Assembly: GCA_965243395.1 (NCBI GenBank)
Contig: CBDEUS010000002.1
Coordinates: 1,216,001-1,280,000 of the forward strand
From: Gammaproteobacteria bacterium
GTDB taxonomy: Bacteria > Pseudomonadota > Gammaproteobacteria > UBA4575
Length of the DNA stretch: 64,000 nucleotides
Direction: 5' to 3'
Shown here: one piece after another, positions 19,744-30,480 of the stretch
How positions within the stretch are numbered: position 1 is the first letter of the stretch
How the letters are laid out: each line of letters opens with the position of its first letter
The notes under the pieces: model-generated
Told to the model about the DNA's origin: nothing
The model's input: only the letters and a program-made list of their open reading frames with translations
Database searches by the model: none
Translations under genes and position numbers: made by a program

Positions 19744-20889
19744 ATGAAGATTGCAATAGTTGTATCTAGCCCAATGACAATCAAAGCATTCTTGCATGAT
19801 CTAATCATACGTCTGTCCGAGATCTCTGAAGTTACTGTTGTAGCAAATATTTCAAATCCTAAAGATCTAGTAGTGCTTGAAAATAGTGCAAAAATTGTTA
19901 GTGTCAAAATTGTCCGTAAGATTGCACTTTTTACAGATGTGAAAGCACTGTTAACATTATTGAGTTTATTCAGGAGAAATAAGTATGATCTAGTTTATTC
20001 AGTTACTCCAAAAGCAGGGTTACTAGCAATGACTGCTAGTTTTTTAGCTCGGATTAATTGCAGAATTCATATATTTACCGGACAAGTTTGGGTAATGAAG
20101 CGTGGAGTAAGGCGATTATTTTTAAAAATTGTGGATAAACTAATTGTAAGATTAGCTACCAACGTATTAGCAGATAGTATCAGCCAAAGTAAATTCTTAA
20201 TTAACGAAAATGTAGTTAATTCAAATAAGATTGCAGTATTGGCTAATGGTTCAATTAGTGGGGTTAACTTAAAACGATTTTGTAAGGACGAAAATATTAG
20301 AAATGAAGTTCGCGAGCAATTAAATATTGATAAAAATGAGTTAGTATTTTTATTTCTTGGTAGGCTTGATCCTGATAAGGGGATACTTGATTTAGTAGAT
20401 GCATTTAGTCTGATCTATAATCGATATAAATTTGTCAGGCTTGTTATTGTTGGGCCTGATGAAGCAGGAATATGCAGTCAAATTGATTCGAAAATTCCGT
20501 CTAAAACTAATAATATAATTTTCGTAGATTTTACAAATCGACCAGAGTCGTACATGAATGCGGCTGATGTTATTTGTCTCCCCAGTTATAGAGAAGGTTT
20601 TGGTAGTGTTGTGATTGAAGCAGCTGCAATAGGTATACCTGCAATAGGTAGCAATATTTACGGTATAAGAGATGCAATAGAAGATGGAGTAACTGGCATT
20701 TTATATCCTCCTCGAGATAAAAAGGCACTATATTCAGCAATGCAAAAACTTATTTTAGAACCGGAGACAAGAATACGATTTGGTGTTGCAGCACAAAAAC
20801 GTGCCAAGCGTTTATTTTCACAGAATCTTGTAACTTCATCTTATATAGACTATTTCAAACAAGCAGTAGATAGTTGTATTTCTCGATGA
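19744..20889 (+). CDS. Glycosyltransferase family 4 (CapM/PglA-like)
   Basis: TPKAGLL, FTG, NGSISGV, FLGRL..DKG, LPSYREGFG..VIEAAA (EX7E). Confidence 0.9.
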   Translation: MKIAIVVSSPMTIKAFLHDLIIRLSEISEVTVVANISNPKDLVVLENSAKIVSVKIVRKIALFTDVKALLTLLSLFRRNKYDLVYSVTPKAGLLAMTASFLARINCRIHIFTGQVWVMKRGVRRLFLKIVDKLIVRLATNVLADSISQSKFLINENVVNSNKIAVLANGSISGVNLKRFCKDENIRNEVREQLNIDKNELVFLFLGRLDPDKGILDLVDAFSLIYNRYKFVRLVIVGPDEAGICSQIDSKIPSKTNNIIFVDFTNRPESYMNAADVICLPSYREGFGSVVIEAAAIGIPAIGSNIYGIRDAIEDGVTGILYPPRDKKALYSAMQKLILEPETRIRFGVAAQKRAKRLFSQNLVTSSYIDYFKQAVDSCISR

Positions 20890-21476
20890 AACGAATATTC
20901 GACATAATTATTACTGTTATACTTTTTGTATTGCTAAGCTTTATATTCATTGTCATTGCTTTTCTGATACTCATTACTCTCGGCAAACCCATATTGTTTA
21001 CTCAAATGCGTCCAGGTCTTAATGGCGAGCTTTTCAAGATTTATAAATTTCGAACCATGAAAATAAAATATGACAAAAATGGAATGCCATTGCATGATAG
21101 TCAAAGACTTACACGATTTGGTGCTTGGTTAAGACGCACCAGCTTGGATGAATTACCAACTTTATGGAATGTTCTGTGTGGTCATATGAGTTTAGTAGGG
21201 CCAAGACCTTTGCTAATTGAGTATCTTTCTTTATATTCGCCTGAACAAAAGCGAAGGCATAACGTTAAGCCAGGAATAACAGGCTGGGCGCAAGTTAATG
21301 GTAGAAATGCAGTCAGCTGGGAAGAGAAATTCAAACTAGATGTATGGTATGTGGAAAACCATAATTTTTGTTTGGACCTTAAGATTTTATTTTTAACTAT
21401 AATTGCTGTGTTTAAATCTACGGGAATAACCCAAGAAGGGCATGTAACAACAGAAAAGTTTCGAGGTTCAAATTGA
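20886..21476 (+). CDS. Monotopic initiating phosphoglycosyl transferase (PglC-like)
   Basis: MKRIFD, FTQMRPG, KFRTM, SLDELP, MSLVGPRP, KPGITGWAQVNGRN; ATG 20886 overlaps the GT4 stop. Confidence 0.92.
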   Translation: MKRIFDIIITVILFVLLSFIFIVIAFLILITLGKPILFTQMRPGLNGELFKIYKFRTMKIKYDKNGMPLHDSQRLTRFGAWLRRTSLDELPTLWNVLCGHMSLVGPRPLLIEYLSLYSPEQKRRHNVKPGITGWAQVNGRNAVSWEEKFKLDVWYVENHNFCLDLKILFLTIIAVFKSTGITQEGHVTTEKFRGSN

Positions 21477-22102
21477 AACCCAAGTTATTAATTGTTGGAG
21501 CAGGAGGGCATGGGTCTGTAGTTGCTGATGCTGCTATTGAACAGAACATATGGTCTGAAATTGCTTTTTTAGATGATAATGTAAATGAGCCTAGCATAGT
21601 GAATGACATACCTGTTTTAGGGGTAATTGCTGATATACATAAGTATTCTGGTCAATTTGGAGATTTGGCAATAGCTATTGGCGATAATATTCTTAGGATG
21701 AAACTAATAGAAGAATTTATAAATAGTGACTTTTGTTTACCGGTCATTTCTCACCCAAAGGCAATTGTTAGTAAAAATTCAGAAATTGGGCCAGGCACAT
21801 TTTTAGCAGCGAACGCTGTAATCAATGCAGGGTCCACGTTGGGTAAAGGTTGCATAATAAACACTGCTGCAACTGTTGATCATGACAATATTTTGTCAGA
21901 TGGTGTGCATGTATCTCCAGGTGCTCACCTTGGCGGAAATGTGGTAGTCGGGAAGTGTAGCTGGATTGGAATTGGCGCGAGTATTAGGGAACAAGTTTCC
22001 ATAGGCGAGAATGTAATCATTGGTGCAGGTGCAGCAGTCGTGGAGAACGTAGGTAATTCTTTGCAAATGCTGGGTGTACCAGCCCGCCCAAATGAGAAGT
22101 AA
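21473..22102 (+). CDS. UDP-4-amino-sugar N-acetyltransferase (PglD/NeuD family)
   Basis: GAGGHG, AIGDN..R, HP.A, INTAATVDHD, hexapeptide repeats, GVPAR. Confidence 0.9.
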   Translation: MKPKLLIVGAGGHGSVVADAAIEQNIWSEIAFLDDNVNEPSIVNDIPVLGVIADIHKYSGQFGDLAIAIGDNILRMKLIEEFINSDFCLPVISHPKAIVSKNSEIGPGTFLAANAVINAGSTLGKGCIINTAATVDHDNILSDGVHVSPGAHLGGNVVVGKCSWIGIGASIREQVSIGENVIIGAGAAVVENVGNSLQMLGVPARPNEK

Positions 22103-22104
22103 AG

Positions 22105-23337
22105 ATGTCGCCTATAGTTAAAAATGATTCTCTTGCGATTGAGGGAGGTGATTGTGAAGTTAGTCGTTCATTCCCTGCTTGGCCACAATATTCGAGTGAA
22201 GAAATTAAGGCTGTTACAGATGTACTAGTATCCGGAAAAGTTAATTATTGGACAGGTAATGTAGGTAAAACTTTTGAAAATGAGTTTGCAAACTATTTTG
22301 GATTAAAACATGCCGTTGCATTATCAAATGGTAGTGTTGCACTTGAAGTTGCTTTGAAAGCTCTAAAAATTGGTGAAGGTGATGAAGTGATAGTTACGCC
22401 ACGCACATTCATTGCTTCGGCTAGTAGTATATCTATTTGTGGGGCAACCCCGGTTTTTGTAGATGTTGATAGAGAAAGTCAAAACATAACTGCAGAAACA
22501 ATCCAAACTGCAATCACTAGTAATACAAAAGCTATTTTATTAGTGCATTTAGCAGGCTGGCCTTGTGAAATGGATACAATAATTGATATAGCTCACCGTC
22601 ATAATCTAAAAGTAATAGAAGATTGTGCCCAGGCGCATGGTGCAAAATATAATACTCAATATGTTGGCACATTTGGTAACGTGGCTACATTTTCATTTTG
22701 TCAAGACAAAATAATATCTACAGGTGGGGAAGGTGGAATGTTATTAACGAATGACGAGTCTATATGGAGTTTTGCATGGAGCTATAAAGATCATGGAAAG
22801 AATGTAGATTGCCTGAATCATTCTAATGGATTTAATAATAATTTGTTTAGGTGGGTACATGATTCAATTGGGTCTAATTATAGAATGACTGAAATTCAGG
22901 CAGCTATTGGATTAGAGCAGTTGCATAAACTTAATGATTGGGTGCTTCAGCGTCAAAAAAATGCTGAACAGTTAACTAGTTATTTTAAAAATATACCTGC
23001 ATTAAGAGTGACAATACCAAATAAAAATATTGATCATGCGTATTATAAATATTATGTATTTGTTAGAAATAAACTACTAAAACCAGGATGGACAAGAGAT
23101 AAAATTGTCCAGGCAATTAATAAAGAAGGAGTGCCTTGTTTCACAGGCAGCTGTAGTGAGGTATATAAAGAAAAAGCTTTTGTTGATGCAAAAATATTTC
23201 CCAGCAAAGACTTTAAAATTGCAAAAGAGTTAGGAGAGACAAGTCTAATGTTTAATGTCCATCCTATGCTAAATACTCAAGATATTGAGAGTATTTATCA
23301 TGCAGTAAAGAAAGTATTCAACCATGCCTCTATTTAG
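22105..23337 (+). CDS. DegT/DnrJ PLP aminotransferase (bacillosamine pathway, PglE-type function)
   Basis: SGKVNYWTG, IEDCAQAHGA, FSFCQDKIISTGGEGG. Confidence 0.92.
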   Translation: MSPIVKNDSLAIEGGDCEVSRSFPAWPQYSSEEIKAVTDVLVSGKVNYWTGNVGKTFENEFANYFGLKHAVALSNGSVALEVALKALKIGEGDEVIVTPRTFIASASSISICGATPVFVDVDRESQNITAETIQTAITSNTKAILLVHLAGWPCEMDTIIDIAHRHNLKVIEDCAQAHGAKYNTQYVGTFGNVATFSFCQDKIISTGGEGGMLLTNDESIWSFAWSYKDHGKNVDCLNHSNGFNNNLFRWVHDSIGSNYRMTEIQAAIGLEQLHKLNDWVLQRQKNAEQLTSYFKNIPALRVTIPNKNIDHAYYKYYVFVRNKLLKPGWTRDKIVQAINKEGVPCFTGSCSEVYKEKAFVDAKIFPSKDFKIAKELGETSLMFNVHPMLNTQDIESIYHAVKKVFNHASI

Positions 23338-23361
23338 AAATTTTAATTTTATCTTTTAATT

Positions 23362-25245
23362 ATGTCGCTTATTCATAATCGCTGGTTGGCACTTATCCAT
23401 GACATTATTTGGATTCCGCTAGCCTTATTAATTGCATTTTGGGTTAGATTCAATTTAGGAATGATTCCATCGGAATTTTGGCCTGGCATTTATCAAATTA
23501 TTATTGTTTCTCTCGTCGTGCAAACTGCGAGTTATTGGTATTTTGGTTTATATAGGGGTATTTGGAGATTTGCATCGGTTCCTGATATTTTTCGAATATT
23601 AAAAGCAGTCATAATTGGCGTTAGTTTGTCACTTTTAGGGGTATTTTTATTTTCAAGATTAAGTAATTTTCCTCGGTCAATTTTAGTTTTATATCCGCTT
23701 TTTTTATTTTTAGGATTAAGTGCGTCGCGTCTTTTATATAGATGGTATAAAGACAGGGATTTTTATTTTGAGAGCGGTGAAAAAAAACATGTCTTGATCG
23801 TAGGTGCAGGTCAAGCGGGTGAAATGCTTGTAAGAAGTATGTTGCGAGAAAATAAGCTTGTTCCTGTAGGGTTTGTAGATGATGATGTTGGAAAAATAGG
23901 ACGAGATATCCATGGTGTCAGGGTAAAAGACAAAATAGATTCATTAGAGAAAGTAATAAAAAAAATAGATGTGGATTTGGTTATTATCAGCATCAGAAAT
24001 ATTTCTGCGAAACCTTTAAAAAATATTTTACGTGTTTGCAATGATAATAAAATTGATTGTCAAATTATTCCGTCACTTATTGAAATCAGTAGTGATAGTG
24101 TGGATCTCTCATTACTCAGACGAGTTAAAATTGAAGATTTATTAGGTAGAGAATCTGTAAAATTAGATAACCAATTGATTAGAAAGTTTATTAAAGATAA
24201 ATGTATTTTGGTTACGGGAGCAGGTGGCTCTATAGGCTCTGAGTTAAGCAAACAAGTGCTTACATATGCTCCAAACAAACTTATCTTACTTGAGCAAAGT
24301 GAATTTAACTTGTACACGATAAAAAAGAAATTATTCGACCGTGAAGATCTTGGAGAATCAGATGTAATTTCAGTGCTTTGTGATATCAGAGATGATAAAG
24401 CTTTAAATGAAGTGTTTAATAAATACAAACCTCATGTAGTACTTCATGCAGCTGCTTATAAACATGTGCCGATCATTGAGGAAAATATATTTGAAGGCGT
24501 AAAAACTAATATATTTGGAACTAAAAAATTAGCCGAAATAGCTGCTAAAAATAATGTCGATAAGTTTGTGATGGTGTCAACAGATAAAGCGGTTAATCCA
24601 AGTAGTATGATGGGCGCTACTAAACGTGCAGCTGAGATATTTTGTCAAGCATTAAGCAATCAAAATAATACAAAATTTATCACTACCAGATTTGGTAATG
24701 TTTTAGATTCGACAGGATCTGTGGTGCCACTATTTCGTGAGCAAATAAATAATGGAGGGCCGGTTACGGTAACTCATAAAGATATGTCCCGATATTTTAT
24801 GAGTATTCCTGAAGCGGCTAGTTTGATATTGCAAGCAGCTTCTATGGGAGAGGGTGGTGAAATATTTGTGTTAGATATGGGCAATCCGGTAAAGATATAT
24901 GATTTAGCAAGACAAATGATCCGATTATCAGGCTACGACCCTGATCATGATATTAAAATTGAAATTATTGGATTGCGTCCAGGCGAGAAACTATATGAGG
25001 AGCTATTCCATGAGTCAGAGGACTATATTGGGACTGAGCACCCAAAAATATTATTGGCAGCATCTAGGAAAGTAGACTGGGATATTTTTTCGATACAGCT
25101 TGAAAATATTTTAAGTGCCTGTGAAAAACGAGATGCCGATAATCTAATTGAGACTATGAAATCAATAATTCCAGAATATACTAAAGACTATTCAGAATCT
25201 TCTGATAAGATTGCGAAACCAAGTGAGGCGCCTATTATTCACTAA
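23362..25245 (+). CDS. Membrane-bound UDP-GlcNAc 4,6-dehydratase (PglF/WbpM/CapD family)
   Basis: N-terminal TMs, GAGQAG, IEDLLGRE, TGAGGSIGSEL, HAAAYKHVP, STDKAVNP, RFGNVL, GLRPGEKLYEEL. Confidence 0.95.
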   Translation: MSLIHNRWLALIHDIIWIPLALLIAFWVRFNLGMIPSEFWPGIYQIIIVSLVVQTASYWYFGLYRGIWRFASVPDIFRILKAVIIGVSLSLLGVFLFSRLSNFPRSILVLYPLFLFLGLSASRLLYRWYKDRDFYFESGEKKHVLIVGAGQAGEMLVRSMLRENKLVPVGFVDDDVGKIGRDIHGVRVKDKIDSLEKVIKKIDVDLVIISIRNISAKPLKNILRVCNDNKIDCQIIPSLIEISSDSVDLSLLRRVKIEDLLGRESVKLDNQLIRKFIKDKCILVTGAGGSIGSELSKQVLTYAPNKLILLEQSEFNLYTIKKKLFDREDLGESDVISVLCDIRDDKALNEVFNKYKPHVVLHAAAYKHVPIIEENIFEGVKTNIFGTKKLAEIAAKNNVDKFVMVSTDKAVNPSSMMGATKRAAEIFCQALSNQNNTKFITTRFGNVLDSTGSVVPLFREQINNGGPVTVTHKDMSRYFMSIPEAASLILQAASMGEGGEIFVLDMGNPVKIYDLARQMIRLSGYDPDHDIKIEIIGLRPGEKLYEELFHESEDYIGTEHPKILLAASRKVDWDIFSIQLENILSACEKRDADNLIETMKSIIPEYTKDYSESSDKIAKPSEAPIIH

Positions 25246-25284
25246 ATTTATAGGGTATTTGTGGTCAATCTTTGAATAGTTGAA

Positions 25285-26616
25285 ATGAAAAAAGTTTTTG
25301 TAAAGACACAAGGATGTCAGATGAATGAGTATGATTCAGATAAAATGCTGGATGTACTTAGTCATGAGTGTGGGATGCAAGTTACTCAAGATGCTTCCGA
25401 AGCTGATTTATTACTTTTAAATACATGTTCTATTAGGGAAAAAGCACAAGAGAAAGTGTTTTCTCAGTTAGGGCAGTGGCGGCCGCTTAAAGAAAAAAAC
25501 CCAAACCTAATGATTGGGGTTGGTGGTTGTGTTGCAAGTCAAGAAGGAGATGCGTTATCAAAGAGAGCAAAGCAAGTAGATTTTGTATTTGGCCCTCAAA
25601 CGATTCACAGATTACCAGAACTATTATCTAAAGCTCGATCGACTAAAAAAGCAGTTGTTGATATTTCTTTTCCAGAAATAGAGAAGTTTGATTGTTTACC
25701 TGATCCTAGGGCAGATGGTCCAAAAGCATATGTTTCCATCATGGAAGGTTGTAGCAAGTATTGTACGTATTGTGTCGTACCTTACACGAGAGGAGAAGAG
25801 TTTAGTCGACCATTGCTAGATGTTATGCGGGAGGTAAATTCACTTGCTAAACAGGGGGTACGTGAAATTACATTGCTTGGTCAAAATGTGAATGGATATC
25901 GCGGTTTAGATGAGAATGGTGAAGTAGTAGATTTTTCTTTACTTGTTTATTTTGTTAGTCAAGTAAATGGGTTAAAAAGAATTCGTTATACAAGTTCACA
26001 TCCGATAGAGTTTTCTGAAAATCTTGTTAATGCTTATGCAGAGATACCTGAGTTAGTGAATCATGTGCATTTGCCTGTGCAAAGTGGGTCAGATCGTGTG
26101 CTAGCCTCAATGAAACGAGGGCATACCGCTATAGAATTTAAATCAATAATAAAAAAATTACGTGAACACCGGCCTGACATAAGTATAACTTCTGATTTTA
26201 TTGTTGGATTTCCAGGGGAAACCGATGAAGATTTTGAAGATACTTTGAAATTTGTTGAAAATATAGGGTTCGACCAGTCATATAGCTTTGTTTATAGCCG
26301 TCGACCAGGAACACCTGCTGCTGCTCTAGACGACGATGTTAAACCTGAAGTAAAAAAACAACGTTTACGACGATTACAACGACTTATAAATAAATTGTCT
26401 GCAGAATATTCAAAAGCGATGCTAGGTACGGAACAAATTGTATTAGTAGAGGGATTGTCAAAAAAATCAGATCAAGAATATTCTGGCCGTACAGAAAACA
26501 ATCGGGTTGTTAACTTTTCAACAACAGAAAATGTAATTGGAAAATTTGTTAATCTTTTTATATCTGATGTATATGCAAATTCTTTGCGAGGTAAATATCT
26601 TGAAACCTTGTACTAG
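25285..26616 (+). CDS. miaB: tRNA i6A37 methylthiotransferase
   Basis: [26 protein letters not shown] radical-SAM motif, TRAM domain. Confidence 0.98.
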   Translation: MKKVFVKTQGCQMNEYDSDKMLDVLSHECGMQVTQDASEADLLLLNTCSIREKAQEKVFSQLGQWRPLKEKNPNLMIGVGGCVASQEGDALSKRAKQVDFVFGPQTIHRLPELLSKARSTKKAVVDISFPEIEKFDCLPDPRADGPKAYVSIMEGCSKYCTYCVVPYTRGEEFSRPLLDVMREVNSLAKQGVREITLLGQNVNGYRGLDENGEVVDFSLLVYFVSQVNGLKRIRYTSSHPIEFSENLVNAYAEIPELVNHVHLPVQSGSDRVLASMKRGHTAIEFKSIIKKLREHRPDISITSDFIVGFPGETDEDFEDTLKFVENIGFDQSYSFVYSRRPGTPAAALDDDVKPEVKKQRLRRLQRLINKLSAEYSKAMLGTEQIVLVEGLSKKSDQEYSGRTENNRVVNFSTTENVIGKFVNLFISDVYANSLRGKYLETLY

Positions 26617-26629
26617 AGGGTTTTAAAGT

Positions 26630-27595
26630 TTGTCTTCAGAAGATTATTCCATAGATGTCGTGCTTGAACCTGCCGATAATCCAAGACTTGCGAATTTGTG
26701 TGGACCTCTAAATGAGCATCTTAGCCAAATGGAAAAAAGGCTCGGTATTGAAATAAATAACCGTGGCAATACTTTTTCAATTCGGGGTGATGCAAAAACT
26801 GTAAATACGGCTGCTGAAGTCTTAAAAGAGTTATATGACTCAACGAAGGAAAATACTTTATCTTCATCTGATATACATCTTTATCTTCAAGAGTCTGAAT
26901 TAGCACAGACCGCTGAACAGAATCAGGTAACAAATCGCTCAACTATCCACACAAGACGCTCGATAATTAAAGCGAGAGGAAATAATCAAGAAAAATATAT
27001 CAAGGCGATTGAAGAGTGTGATCTAGTATTTGGCGTTGGGCCAGCGGGTACGGGTAAGACTTATTTGGCAGTAGCATCTGCAGTTGAGGCGCTTGAACGA
27101 GATAATATACGCAAGCTCGTTTTGGTTAGACCCGCGGTTGAAGCAGGAGAAAGGCTAGGATTTCTTCCTGGAGATTTAGCACAAAAAATTGATCCGTATC
27201 TCAGGCCTATGTATGACGCGTTGTATGAAATGATGGGCTTTGAGAAAGTGAATAAATTAATTGATAGAAACATAATAGAAATTGCTCCGCTAGCATATAT
27301 GCGTGGACGCACATTGAATGATGCCTTTATTATTCTAGATGAAGCCCAAAATACTACGGTTGAACAGATGAAGATGTTTCTTACACGTATAGGCTTTGGT
27401 TCAAAAGCTATTGTTACTGGAGATATCACTCAAATCGATTTGCCGAATGCAAAAGAGTCTGGTCTAAAGCATGTAATACGTATTTTGCAAAATACTAAAG
27501 GTATTTCTTTTTGTAACTTTGAGTCTAAAGATGTAGTGAGACATCCTCTCGTTAAAAAGATTATCCAGGCTTATGCTAAAAATTCAAAAGAATAA
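26630..27595 (+). CDS. ybeZ: PhoH-family ATPase (YbeZ)
   Basis: GPAGTGKTYLA, RPAVEAGERLGFLPG, MRGRTLN, DEAQN. Confidence 0.95.
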   Translation: MSSEDYSIDVVLEPADNPRLANLCGPLNEHLSQMEKRLGIEINNRGNTFSIRGDAKTVNTAAEVLKELYDSTKENTLSSSDIHLYLQESELAQTAEQNQVTNRSTIHTRRSIIKARGNNQEKYIKAIEECDLVFGVGPAGTGKTYLAVASAVEALERDNIRKLVLVRPAVEAGERLGFLPGDLAQKIDPYLRPMYDALYEMMGFEKVNKLIDRNIIEIAPLAYMRGRTLNDAFIILDEAQNTTVEQMKMFLTRIGFGSKAIVTGDITQIDLPNAKESGLKHVIRILQNTKGISFCNFESKDVVRHPLVKKIIQAYAKNSKE

Positions 27596-27609
27596 ATAAT
27601 AAAGTTTCA

Positions 27610-28059
27610 ATGAGCATTAATTTGGATGTGCAAATTGCTTCTAAAAATTTAGATATTCCTAAAGCAGCCGAGTTTAAGATCTGGGCTGACTCGGTGCCCA
27701 TTGATTATGAAACAAGTTTATGTTTGAGAATAGTTGATGAACAGGAAGCTAAAACACTAAATAAAAAATATAGAAAGATTGAAAAAGCTACGAATGTGCT
27801 TTCATTCCCAGCAGGACTTCCTTCTGGTTTAAAAATTGATTTTCTTGGAGATATAGTAATTTGTGCGCCAATAGTAACTCTTGAGGCACAGGAATATAAT
27901 AAAGATTTAAAGAATCATTGGGCACATTTACTTATTCATGGGATATTGCATTTACAAGGGTATGATCATGAGCAAAATGTCGATGCTGAAAAAATGGAGT
28001 CGTTAGAGATTAAAATTCTCAGTAGTTTAGGTATTTCTAACCCGTATGAATCAATTTGA
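27610..28059 (+). CDS. ybeY: rRNA maturation endoribonuclease
   Basis: TNVLSFP, LGDIVIC, HGILHLQGYDH. Confidence 0.97.
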   Translation: MSINLDVQIASKNLDIPKAAEFKIWADSVPIDYETSLCLRIVDEQEAKTLNKKYRKIEKATNVLSFPAGLPSGLKIDFLGDIVICAPIVTLEAQEYNKDLKNHWAHLLIHGILHLQGYDHEQNVDAEKMESLEIKILSSLGISNPYESI

Positions 28060-28078
28060 ATATAAGAACTAAATAATA

Positions 28079-28918
28079 ATGAGTACAGATACAGATAATA
28101 GTTCTACAAGTTTAGGTTTAATTGCATCCATAAAGCTGTTTTTGAATGGTGTTCCTCAAAATCGAGAACAAATTATTAAGCTACTACGTAATGCCGAAAA
28201 AAATAATATTTTAAGTAGAGACATCCTTGAAATGATTGAGGGTGCATTTCAAGTTTCAAATATACAAGTAAAAAATATCATGATTCCTCGTTCTCACATG
28301 GTAGTAGTTCGAGAGGGTTCCACTTTGCAAGATATGTTACCGCTAATCATTGATTCAGCTCACTCCAGATTTCCTGTAATCGGTGATAGTCGTGATGAAG
28401 TGCTTGGAATATTACTAGCAAAAGATTTATTACGTTTTTTTATCGAAGGCAAACAAGAAGAGTTTAATTTAGCTGATGTGCTGCGCCCCACTGTTGTAGT
28501 GCCAGAATCTAAGCGCGTCAACACATTGTTAAATGAATTTAAAGATGGCAGAAATCACATGGCCATTGTGGTCGATGAGTACAGCAGTGTGTCAGGTTTA
28601 GTTACTATTGAAGATGTGTTAGAGCAAATTGTTGGAGAAATTACCGACGAACATGATATTGAGGAAGACCGTTATATTTTTGAACACTCTAAAGGTCATT
28701 TTGGCGTGAAGGCATTAACTCCGATTGAGGATTTCAATGAATTTTTCTCAACAGAATATAGCGATACTGATTTTGAAACATTTGGAGGTTTAGTGCTGAG
28801 TAAATTTGGACACTTACCGAAAAAAGGTGAAAAAATAGAATTCGATAGTTTTAAAATAGAAGTGTTACGTGCCGATCGGAGAAGATTGCATCTTTTAAAT
28901 GTATCCCAACATAGCTAA
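28079..28918 (+). CDS. corC: Mg/Co transport-associated CBS-domain protein
   Basis: MIPRS, SAHSRFPV, HMAIVVDEY, TIEDVLEQIVGEITDEHD. Confidence 0.93.
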   Translation: MSTDTDNSSTSLGLIASIKLFLNGVPQNREQIIKLLRNAEKNNILSRDILEMIEGAFQVSNIQVKNIMIPRSHMVVVREGSTLQDMLPLIIDSAHSRFPVIGDSRDEVLGILLAKDLLRFFIEGKQEEFNLADVLRPTVVVPESKRVNTLLNEFKDGRNHMAIVVDEYSSVSGLVTIEDVLEQIVGEITDEHDIEEDRYIFEHSKGHFGVKALTPIEDFNEFFSTEYSDTDFETFGGLVLSKFGHLPKKGEKIEFDSFKIEVLRADRRRLHLLNVSQHS

Positions 28919-28971
28919 TTAAGGAATCTTTTTAGCTCATTATTAATTAGCTGATAGTCTAACAACAATAC

Positions 28972-30462
28972 ATGCCATTGTTATTTAAAATAATTCTGCT
29001 TGCTATTTCAGGCGCAGCACTCGTTTTAGCTTATGCGCCATTTTCTTATTGGTGGCTAACGTTTATTTGTCCAATTTTTCTATACTTGGCTACTATAAAA
29101 TTACCAGTGCGCACTGCATTTCTGTGTGGATTTATATTTGGCTTATTCTTTTTTGGATTTGGTGTTCCCTGGACATTTAATAGCATACATGAGTTTGGTG
29201 GTGCGCCATTATTGTTGAGCGCAATTCTTGCAAGTTTATTGGTTTTAGTGCTCGCTTTATTTCCTGCAACTATTGCAGCATTGAATGTTTATTTATGTCG
29301 TGATGATTGTCGTCGTTTATTCAGTGCTCTAACTTTTGCGAGTTTATGGGTATTGTTTGAGTGGCTGAGAGGTTGGGTATTTACAGGATTTCCTTGGTTG
29401 CTGATTGGGCATGTTCATCATACAGGGCCTTTGCAAAGTATATTACCTATCTTTGGATCATATGGCGCAAGCTGGATTACATTATTAATAGGATGCTTGG
29501 TCGTTACCTTGTTATTAGCTGAGTATAAGCAGAAAATTTATTCTGCAATAATTTTAGTAATTATTGCATTCTCTTTATATTCATTGGATCAAATTACATG
29601 GACTGAAGCGGAAGAAGAATCATTAGATGTGATTTTAGTACAAGGAAATATACCTCAAGAAATGAAATGGGATCGTAGTAAGCACAATTTCATAATGAAT
29701 AAATATTTACAGATGAGTAGCCGTCATTTTAATGCAGATATTATTATTTGGCCTGAAACCGCAATTCCTACTTATTATTCAATAGTAAAAGATTCATTTA
29801 TTCCGCAAGTAAGCGAGACTGCAGAAAAAAATGATTTGAATTATTTGATTGGTGTTTTCACTTTTGATCCAGAAAATGAGCATGTCTACAATAGTGTAAT
29901 GACATTGGGCGACGAGTTGGGATTTTATCGTAAACAGCATTTAGTCCCGTTCGGAGAATATCTTCCTTTCCGCGGGATACTCACAATTCTTGAACGTTAT
30001 ATCAATCTTCCAATGGCAGATATTTCTAGTGGCGAGGGAAGGCCATTGGTGAAGTTAAAAGGGCATGCGGTGGGCGCTTCTATTTGCTACGAAGCCGTAT
30101 ACGGAAATGAAGTGATTAGGGCACTACCTGAAGCTAAGTTCTTAGTTAATGTGAGTAATGATGCATGGTTTGGTGATTCACTTGCCCCGCATCAACATTT
30201 AGAAATCACACGTTCAAGAGCGGTCGAAACGGGCAGGTATCTATTGCGTGCAACGAATACTGGTATTTCGGCAGTGATTGATCCAAATGGAACGATAATT
30301 AATAAGTCTGTCCAGTTTGAAGACGATATAGTTCGATCGACTATAAAACCACACACAGGGACTACGCTCTATGCGAAATGGGGGAATTGGGGTATTGTCA
30401 TCACTGTATTAGTTACATTGATTATTCTGTGTTTTCAAAGATGGGTAACTGCAAAACATTAA
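28972..30462 (+). CDS. lnt: Apolipoprotein N-acyltransferase
   Basis: GFPW, QGNI, WPETA, KQHLVPFGEY, ICYE, SNDAWFG. Confidence 0.97.
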   Translation: MPLLFKIILLAISGAALVLAYAPFSYWWLTFICPIFLYLATIKLPVRTAFLCGFIFGLFFFGFGVPWTFNSIHEFGGAPLLLSAILASLLVLVLALFPATIAALNVYLCRDDCRRLFSALTFASLWVLFEWLRGWVFTGFPWLLIGHVHHTGPLQSILPIFGSYGASWITLLIGCLVVTLLLAEYKQKIYSAIILVIIAFSLYSLDQITWTEAEEESLDVILVQGNIPQEMKWDRSKHNFIMNKYLQMSSRHFNADIIIWPETAIPTYYSIVKDSFIPQVSETAEKNDLNYLIGVFTFDPENEHVYNSVMTLGDELGFYRKQHLVPFGEYLPFRGILTILERYINLPMADISSGEGRPLVKLKGHAVGASICYEAVYGNEVIRALPEAKFLVNVSNDAWFGDSLAPHQHLEITRSRAVETGRYLLRATNTGISAVIDPNGTIINKSVQFEDDIVRSTIKPHTGTTLYAKWGNWGIVITVLVTLIILCFQRWVTAKH

Positions 30463-30480
30463 TAATGCAGTAAAAATATT

